NCBI GenBank assembly: GCA_964016885.1
Contig: OZ024741.1
Span: forward strand, 237,894,001 to 237,958,000
Direction of reading: 5' to 3'
DNA: 64,000 nt
From: Eledone cirrhosa
Taxonomy: Eukaryota
Numbering within the stretch: the first letter of the stretch is position 1; every line of letters starts with the position of its first letter. The position numbers and the translations under genes are program-made. Positions 54,701-64,000 of the stretch are shown one piece after another. The notes beneath the pieces are model-generated. The model had not been told where the DNA came from, made no database searches, and was given only the letters and a program-made list of their open reading frames with translations.

Positions 54701-57700
54701 TCTGTAGTGTAGTGGTATATGTGGTAGTGTCTGTGGTGTAGTGGTATATGTGGTAGTATCTGTGGTCTAATGGTATATGTGGTAGTACCTGTGTTGTAGT
54801 GGTATATGTGGTAATATCTGTGGTGTAGTGGTATATCTGATAGTATCTGTAGTGTAGTGGTATATGTGGTAGTGTCTGTGGTGTAGTGGTATATGTGGTA
54901 GTATCTGTGGTGTAGTGGTATATCTGGTAGTATCTGTGGTGTAGTGGTATATGTGGTAGTATATGTGGTCTATTGGTATATGTGGTAGTGTCTGTGGTGT
55001 AGTGGTATATGTGGTAGTATCTGTAGTGTAGTGGTATATGTGGTAGTATCTGTGGTGTAGTGGTATATGTGGTAGTATCTGTAGTGTAGTGGTATATGTG
55101 GTAGTGTCTGTGGTGTAGTGGTATATGTGGTAGTATCTGTGGTCTAGTGGTATATGTGGTAGTACCCGTGGTGTAGTGGTATATGTGGTAGTATCTGTGG
55201 TGTAGTGGTATATGTGGTAGTGTCTGTGGTGTAGTGGTATATGTGGTAGTATCTGTAGTGTAGTGGTATATGTGGTAGTGTCTGTGGTGTAGTGGTATAT
55301 GTGGTAGTATCTGGGGTCTAGTGGTATATGTGGTAGTACCTGTGGTGTAGTGGTATATGTGGTAGTATCTGTGGTGTAGTGGTATATGTGATAGTGTCTG
55401 TGGTGTAGTGGTATATGTGGCAGTATCTGTAGTGTAGTGGTATATTTGGTAGTGTCTCTGGTGTAGTGGTATATGTGGTAGTATCTGTGGTCTAGTGGTA
55501 TATGTGGTAGTATCTGTGGTGTAGTGGTATATGTGGTAGTATCTGTGGTGTAGTGGTATATGTGGTAGTATCTGTGGTGTAGTGGTATATGTGGTAGTGT
55601 CTGTGGTGTAGTGGTATATGTGGTAGTATCTGTGGTGTAGTGGTATATGTGGTAGTATCTGTGGTGTAGTGGTATATGTGGTAGTATCTGTGGTGTAGTG
55701 GTATATGTGGTAGTGTCTGTGGTGTAGTGGTATATGTGGTAGTATCTGTGGTGTAGTGGTATATGTGGTAGTATCTGTGGTGTAGTGGTATATGTGGTAG
55801 TGTCTGTGGTGTAGTGGTATATGTGGTAGTATCTGTGGTGTAGTGGTATATGTGGTAGTATCTGTGGTGTAGTGGCATATGTAGTAGTGTCTGTGGTGTA
55901 GTGGTATATGTAGTAGTGTCTGTGGTGTTGTGGTATATGTGGTAGTGTCTGTGGTGTAGTGGTATATGTGGTAGTGTCTGTGGTCTATTGGTATATGTGG
56001 TAGTGTCTGTGGTGTAGTAGTATATGTGGTAGTATCTGTAGTGTAGTGGTATATGTGGTAGTGTCTGTGGTGTAGTGGTATATGTGGTAGTGTCTGTGGT
56101 GTAGTGGTATATGTGGTAGTATCTGTAGTGTAGTGGTATATGTGGTAGTGTCTGTGGTGTAGTGGTATATGTGGTAGTGTCTGTGGTGTAGTGGTATATG
56201 TGGTAGTATCTGTAGTGTAGTGGTATATGTGGTAGTGTCTGTGGTATAGTGGTATATGTGGTAGTATCTGTGGTCTAGTGGTATATGTGGTAGTACCTGT
56301 GGTGTAGTGGTATATGTGGTAGTATCTGTGGTGTAGTGGTATATGTGGTAGTGTCTGTGGTGTAGTGGTATATGTGGTAGTATCTGTCGTGTAGTGGTAT
56401 ATGTGGTAGTGTCTGTGGTGTAGTGGTATATGTGGTAGTATCTGTAGTGTAGTGGTCTATGTGGTAGTGTCTGTGGTGTAGTGGTATATGTGATAGTGTC
56501 TGTGGTGTAGTGGTATATGTGGTAGTATCTGTAGTGTAGTGGTATATGTGGTAGTGTCTGTGGTGTAGTGGTATGTGTGGTAGTGTCTGTGGTGTAGTGG
56601 TATATGTGGTAGTATCTGTAGTGTAGTGGTATATGTGGTAGTATCTGTGGTCCATTGGTATATGTGGTAGTGTCTGTGGTGTAGTGGTATATGTGGTAGT
56701 GTCTGTGGTGTAGTGGTATATGTGGTAGTATCTGTAGTGTAGTGGTATATGTGGTAGTGTCAGTGGTGTAGTGGTATATGTGGTAGTGTCTGTGGTGTAG
56801 TGGTATATGTGGTAGTGTCTGTGGTGTAGTGGTATATGTGGTAGTGTCTGTGGTGTAGTGGTATATGTGGTAGTATCTCTAGTGTAGTGGTATATGTGGT
56901 AGTGTCTGTGGTGTAGTGGTATATGTGGTAGTATCTGTGGTCTAGTGGTATATTTGGTAGTACCTGTGTTGTAGTGGTATATGTGGTAATATCTGTGGTG
57001 TAGTGGTATATCTGATAGTATCTGTAGTGTAGTGGTATATGTGGTAGTGTCTGTGGTGTAGTGGTATATGTGGTAGTATCTGTAGTGTAGTGGTATATGT
57101 GGTAGTATATGTGGTCTATTGGTATATGTGGTAGTGTCTGTGGTGTAGTGGTATATGTGGTAGTGTCTGTGGTGTAGTGGTATATGTGGTAGTATCCCTA
57201 GTGTAGTGGTATATGTGGTAGTGTCTGTGGTGTAGTGGTATATGTGGTAGTGTCTGTGGTGTAGTGGTATATGTGGTAGTATCTGTAGTGTAGTGGTATA
57301 TGTGGTAGTGTCTGTGGTGTAGTGGTATATGTGGTAGTGTCTGTGGTGTAGTGGTATATGTGGTAGTATCTGTAGTGTAGTGGTATATGTGGTAGTGTCT
57401 GTGGTGTAGTGGTATATGTGGTAGTATCTGTGGTCTAGTGGTATATGTGGTAGTACCTGTGGTGTAGTGGTATATGTGGTAGTATCTGTGGTCTAGTGGT
57501 ATATGTGGTAGTACCTGTGGTGTAGTGGTATATGTGGTAGTATCTGTGGTGTAGTGGTATATGTGGTAGTGTCTGTGGTGTAGTGGTATATGTGGCAGTA
57601 TCTGTATTGTAGTGGTATATGTGGTAGTGTCTGTGGTGTAGTGGTATATGTGGTAGTATCTGTGGTCTAGTGGTATATGTGGTAGTATCTGTGGTGTAGT

Positions 57701-60700
57701 GGTATATGTGGTAGTGTCTGTGGTGTAGTGGTATATGTGGTAGTATCTGTGGTGTAGTGGTATATGTCGTAGTGTCTGTGGTGTAGTGGTATATGTGGTA
57801 GTGTCTGTGGTGTAGTGGTATATGTGGTAGTATCTGTGGTGTAGTGGTATATGTGGAAGTATCTGTGGTGTAGTGGTATATGTGGTAGTATCTGTGGTGT
57901 AGTGGTATATGTGGTAGTGCCTGTGGTGTAGTGGTATATGTGGTAGTATCTGTGGTGTAGTGGTATATGTGGTAGTATCTGTGGTGTAGTGGTATATGTG
58001 GTTGTGTCTGTGGTGTAGTGGTATATGTGGTAGTATCTGTGGTGTAGTGGTATATGTGGTAGTATCTGTGGTGTAGTGGCATATGTAGTAGTGTCTGTGG
58101 TGTAGTGGTATATGTGGTAGTGTCTGTGGTGTAGTGGTATATGTGGTAGTGTCTGTGGTCTATTGGTATATGTGGTAGTGTCTGTGGTGTAGTGGTATAT
58201 GTGGTAGTGTCTGTGGTGTAGTAGTATATGTGGTAGTATATATAGTGTAGTGGTATATGTGGTAGTGTCTGTGGTGTAGTGGTATATGTGGTAGTGTCTG
58301 TGGTGTAGTGGTATATGTGGTAGTATCTGTAGTGTAGTGGTATATGTGGTAGTGTCTGTGGTGTAGTGGTATATGTGGTAGTGTCTGTGGTGTAGTGGTA
58401 TATGTGGTAGTATCTGTAGTGTAGTGGTATATGTGGTAGTGTCTGTGGTATAGTGGTATATGTGGTAGTATCTGTGGTCTAGTGGTATATGTGGTAGTAC
58501 CTGTGGTGTAGTGGTATATGTGGTAGTACCTGTGGTGTAGTGGTATATGTGGTAGTGTCTGTGGTGTAGTGGTATATGTGGTAGTATCTGTAGTGTAGTG
58601 GTATATGTGGTAGTGTCTGTGGTGTAGTGGTATATGTGGTAGTATCTGTGGTGTAGTGGTATATGTGATAGTGTCTGTGGTGTAGTGGTATATGTGGTAG
58701 TATCTGTAGTGTAGTGATATATGTGGTAGTGTCTGTGGTGTAGTGGTATATGTGGTAGTGTCTGTTGTGTAGTGGTATATGTGGTAGTATCTGTAGTGTA
58801 GTGGTATATGTGGTAGTGTCTGTGGTGTAGTGGTATATGTGGTAGTATCTGTGGTCTAATGGTATATGTGGTAGTACCTGTGTTGTAGTGGTATATGTGG
58901 TAATATCTGTGGTGTAGTGGTATATCTGATAGTATCTGTAGTGTAGTGGTATATGTGGTAGTGTCTGTGGTGTAGTGGTATATGTGGTAGTATCTGTGGT
59001 GTAGTGGTATATCTGGTAGTATCTGTGGTGTAGTGGTATATGTGGTAGTATATGTGGACTATTGGTATATGTGGTAGTGTCTGTGGTGTAGTGGTATATG
59101 TGGTAGTGTCTGTGGTGTAGTGGTATATGTGGTAGTATCTGTAGTGTAGTGGTATATGTGGTAGTGTCTGTGGTGTAGTGGTATATGTGGTAGTATCTGT
59201 AGTGTAGTGGTATATGTGGTAGTGTCTGTGGTGTAGTGGTATATGTGGTAGTATCTGTGGTCTAGTGGTATATGTGGTAGTACCTGTGGTGTAGTGGTAT
59301 ATGTGGTAGTATCTGTTGTGTAGTGGTATATGTGGTAGTGTCTGTGGTGTAGTGGTATATGTGGTAGTATCTGTAGTGTAGTGGTATATATGGTAGTGTC
59401 TGTGGTGTAGTGGTATATGTGGTAGTATCTGGGGTCTAGTGGTATATGTGGTAGTACCTGTGGTGTAGTGGTATATGTGGTAGTATCTGTGGTGTAGTGG
59501 TATATGTGGTAGTGTCTGTGGTGTAGTGGTATATGTGGCAGTATCTGTAGTGTAGTGGTATATGTGGTAGTGTCTCTGGTGTAGTGGTATATGTGGTAGT
59601 ATCTGTGGTCTAGTGGTATATGTGGTAGTATCTGTGGTGTAGTGGTATATGTGGTAGTATCTGTGGTGTAGTGGTATATGTGGTAGTATCTGTGGTGTAG
59701 TGGTATATGTGTTAGTGTCTGTGGTGTAGTGGTATATGTGGTAGTATCTGTGGTGTAGTGGTATATGTGGTAGTATCTGTGGTGTAGTGGTATATGTGGT
59801 AGTATCTGTGGTGTAGTGGTATATGTGGTAGTGTCTGTGGTGTAGTGGTATATGTGGTAGTATCTGTGGTGTAGTGGTATATGTGGTAGTATCTGTGGTG
59901 TAGTGGTATATGTGGTAGTGTCTGTGGTGTAGTGGTATATGTGGTAGTATCTGTGGTGTAGTGGTATATGTGGTAGTATCTGTGGTGTAGTGGCATATGT
60001 AGTAGTGTCTGTGGTGTAGTGGTATATGTAGTAGTGTCTGTGGTGTTGTGGTATATGTGGTAGTGTCTGTGGTGTAGTGGTATATGTGGTAGTGTCTGTG
60101 GTCTATTGGTATATGTGGTAGTGTCTGTGGTGTAGTAGTATATGTGGTAGTATCTGTAGTGTAGTGGTATATGTGGTAGTGTCTGTGGTGTAGTGGTATA
60201 TGTGGTAGTATCTGTAGTGTAGTGGTATATGTGGTAGTGTCTGTGGTGTAGTGGTATATGTGGTAGTGTCTGTGGTGTAGTGGTATATGTGGTAGTATCT
60301 GTAGTGTAGTGGTATATGTGGTAGTGTCTGTGGTATAGTGGTATATGTGGTAGTATCTGTGGTCTAGTGGTATATGTGGTAGTACCTGTGGTGTAGTGGT
60401 ATATGTGGTAGTATCTGTGGTGTAGTGGTATATGTGGTAGTGTCTGTGGTGTAGTGGTATATGTGGTAGTATCTGTCGTGTAGTGGTATATGTGGTAGTG
60501 TCTGTGGTGTAGTGGTATATGTGGTAGTATCTGTAGTGTAGTGGTCTATGTGGTAGTGTCTGTGGTGTAGTGGTATATGTGATAGTGTCTGTGGTGTAGT
60601 GGTATATGTGGTAGTATCTGTAGTGTAGTGGTATATGTGGTAGTGTCTGTGGTGTAGTGGTATGTGTGGTAGTGTCTGTGGTGTAGTGGTATATGTGGTA

Positions 60701-63700
60701 GTATCTGTAGTGTAGTGGTATATGTGGTAGTATCTGTGGTCCATTGGTATATGTGGTAGTGTCTGTGGTGTAGTGGTATATGAGGTAGTGTCTGTGGTGT
60801 AGTGGTATATGTGGTAGTATCTGTAGTGTAGTGGTATATGTGGTAGTGTCAGTGGTGTAGTGGTATATGTGGTAGTGTCTGTGGTGTAGTGGTATATGTG
60901 GTAGTATCTGTAGTGTAGTGGTATATGTGGTAGTGTCTGTGGTGTAGTGGTATATGTGGTAGTGTCTGTGGTGTAGTGGTATATGTGGTAGTATCTGTAG
61001 TGTAGTGGTATATGTGGTAGTGTCTGTGGTGTAGTGGTATATGTGGTAGTATCTGTGGTCTAGTGGTATATTTGGTAGTACCTGTGTTGTAGTGGTATAT
61101 GTGGTAATATCTGTGGTGTAGTGGTATATCTGATAGTATCTGTAGTGTAGTGGTATATGTGGTAGTGTCTGTGGTGTAGTGGTATATGTGGTAGTATCTG
61201 TAGTGTAGTGGTATATGTGGTAGTATATGTGGTCTATTGGTATATGTGGTAGTGTCTGTGGTGTAGTGGTATATGTGGTAGTGTCTGTGGTGTAGTGGTA
61301 TATGTGGTAGTATCCTTAGTGTAGTGGTATATGTGGTAGTGTCTGTGGTGTAGTGGTATATGTGGTAGTGTCTGTGGTGTAGTGGTATATGTGGTAGTAT
61401 CTGTAGTGTAGTGGTATATGTGGTAGTGTCTGTGGTGTAGTGGTATATGTGGTAGTGTCTGTGGTGTAGTGGTATATGTGGTAGTATCTGTAGTGTAGTG
61501 GTATATGTGGTAGTGTCTGTGGTGTAGTGGTATATGTGGTAGTATCTGTGGTCTAGTGGTATATGTGGTAGTACCTGTGGTGTAGTGGTATATGTGGTAG
61601 TATCTGTGGTCTAGTGGTATATGTGGTAGTACCTGTGGTGTAGTGGTATATGTGGTAGTATCTGTGGTGTAGTGGTATATGTGGTAGTGTCTGTGGTGTA
61701 GTGGTATATGTGGCAGTATCTGTATTGTAGTGGTATATGTGGTAGTGTCTGTGGTGTAGTGGTATATGTGGTAGTATCTGTGGTCTAGTGGTATATGTGG
61801 TAGTATCTGTGGTGTAGTGGTATATGTGGTAGTGTCTGTGGTGTAGTGGTATATGTGGTAGTATCTGTGGTGTAGTGGTATATGTGGTAGTGTCTGTGGT
61901 GTAGTGGTATATGTGGTAGTGTCTGTGGTGTAGTGGTATATGTGGTAGTATCTGTGGTGTAGTGGTATATGTGGAAGTATCTGTGGTGTAGTGGTATATG
62001 TGGTAGTATCTGTGGTGTAGTGGTATATGTGGTAGTGCCTGTGGTGTAGTGGTATATGTGGTAGTATCTGTGGTGTAGTGGTATATGTGGTAGTATCTGT
62101 GGTGTAGTGGTATATGTGGTAGTGTCTGTGGTATAGTGGTATATGTGGTAGTATCTGTGGTGTAGTGGTATATGTGGTAGTATCTGTGGTGTAGTGGCAT
62201 ATGTAGTAGTGTCTGTGGTGTAGTGGTATATGTGGTAGTGTCTGTGGTGTAGTGGTATATGTGATAGTGTCTGTGGTGTAGTGGTATATGTGGTAGTATC
62301 TGTAGTGTAGTGGTATATGTGGTAGTGTCTGTGGTGTAGTGGTATATGTGGTAGTATCTGTGGTGTAGTGGTATATCTGGTAGTATCTGTGGTGTAGTGG
62401 TATATGTGGTAGTATCTGTGGTGTAGTGGTATATGTGGTAGTGTCTGTGGTGTAGTGGTATATGTGGTAGTGTCTGTGGTCTATTGGTATATGTGGTAGT
62501 GTCTGTGGTGTAGTGGTATATGTGGTAGTGTCTGTGGTGTAGTAGTATATGTGGTAGTATATATAGTGTAGTGGTATATGTGGTAGTGTCTGTGGTGTAG
62601 TGGTATATGTGGTAGTGTCTGTGGTGTAGTGGTATATGTGGTAGTATCTGTAGTGTAGTGGTATATGTGGTAGTGTCTGTGGTGTAGTGGTATATGTGGT
62701 AGTGTCTGTGGTGTAGTGGTATATGTGGTAGTATCTGTAGTGTAGTGGTATATGTGGTAGTGTCTGTGGTATAGTGGTATATGTGGTAGTATCTGTGGTC
62801 TAGTGGTATATGTGGTAGTACCTGTGGTGTAGTGGTATATGTGGTAGTACCTGTGGTGTAGTGGTATATGTGGTAGTGTCTGTGGTGTAGTGGTATATGT
62901 GGTAGTATCTGTAGTGTAGTGGTATATGTGGTAGTGTCTGTGGTGTAGTGGTATATGTGGTAGTATCTGTAGTGTAGTGGTATATGTGGTAGTGTCTATG
63001 GTGTAGTGGTATATGTGATAGTGTCTGTGGTGTAGTGGTATATGTGGTAGTATCTGTAGTGTAGTGGTATATGTGGTAGTGTCTCTGGTGTAGTGGTATG
63101 TGTGGTAGTGTCTGTGGTGTAGTGGTATATGTGGTAGTATCTGTAGTGTAGTGGTATATGTGGTAGTATCTGTGGTCCATTGGTATATGTGGTAGTGTCT
63201 GTGGTGTAGTGGTATATGTGGTAGTGTCTGTGGTGTAGTGGTATACGTGGTAGTATCTGTAGTGTAGTGGTATATGTGGTAGTGTCTGTGGTGTAGTGGT
63301 ATATGTGATAGTGTCTGTGGTGTAGTGGTATATGTGGTAGTATCTGTAGTGTAGTGATATATGTGGTAGTGTCTGTGGTGTAGTGGTATATGTGGTAGTG
63401 TCTGTGGTGTAGTGGTATATGTGGTAGTATCTGTAGTGTAGTGGTATATGTGGTAGTGTCTGTGGTGTAGTGGTATATGTGGTAGTATCTGTGGTCTAAT
63501 GGTATATGTGGTAGTACCTGTGTTGTAGTGGTATATGTGGTAATATCTGTGGTGTAGTGGTATATCTGATAGTATCTGTAGTGTAGTGGTATATGTGGTA
63601 GTGTCTGTGGTGTAGTGGTATATGTGGTAGTATCTGTGGTGTAGTGGTATATCTGGTAGTATCTGTGGTGTAGTGGTATATGTGGTAGTATATGTGGACT

Positions 63701-64000
63701 ATTGGTATATGTGGTAGTGTCTGTGGTGTAGTGGTATATGTGGTAGTGTCTGTGGTGTAGTGGTATATGTGGTAGTATCTGTAGTGTAGTGGTATATGTG
63801 GTAGTGTCTGTGGTGTAGTGGTATATGTGGTAGTATCTGTAGTGTAGTGGTATATGTGGTAGTGTCTGTGGTGTAGTGGTATATGTGGTAGTATCTGTGG
63901 TCTAGTGGTATATGTGGTAGTACCTGTGGTGTAGTGGTATATGTGGTAGTATCTGTGGTGTAGTGGTATATGTGGTAGTGTCTGTGGTGTAGTGGTATAT
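42779..64000. repeat. 29-bp satellite GTGGTGTAGTGGTATATGTGGTAGT(A/G)TCT, more than 730 monomers, runs off the window
   Basis: Constant 29-bp period. Higher-order structure is marked by rare variants (CCATTGG, GGCATATG, CTGGGGTC). Confidence 0.98.

Noticed and set aside
46862-63180. Repeated HHRYYHIYHYTTD ORFs
   Set aside because: Translations of the 29-bp satellite; used only as markers of higher-order periodicity.
40811-64000. CRISPR-like appearance of ~29-30-bp repeats
   Set aside because: The repeats are contiguous or separated only by (GTT)n. There are no unique spacers and no cas genes, and the context is eukaryotic.
42160-64000. Telomeric repeat
   Set aside because: G-rich, but no TTAGGG or TTAGG tandem array is present.

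Overview
Non-coding, repeat-saturated animal DNA. The SINE families suggest a coleoid cephalopod such as octopus, but this is inferred, not verified. No complete protein-coding gene can be supported, and all long ORFs are translations of simple repeats. Bases 1-12,100 are a mosaic of (TA)n, (GT)n, (ATCT)n and triplet microsatellites with tRNA-derived SINEs, an RTE-LINE 3' remnant, a pair of Tc1/mariner-type MITEs and one candidate isolated exon. The rest is a row of large tandem arrays: a 16-bp satellite (about 12.16-26.10 kb) that reverses orientation twice at its own internal palindrome, a decayed ~21-bp array, a 24-bp GTT-derived array (about 28.55-40.8 kb), a ~27-33-bp array, and a 29-bp array (42.78 kb to the window end). 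The 16-, 24- and 29-bp arrays show higher-order periodicity. The most notable signal is a set of short (~110-200 bp) inserts in (TA)n tracts. Two are ~120-bp fold-back palindromes carrying hammerhead-ribozyme motifs: a complete type I core at 2864-2913 and a 3' half at 5769-5797. All three share a downstream ATTGAGTAC box, consistent with Penelope-like (PLE) or retrozyme-like element ends.
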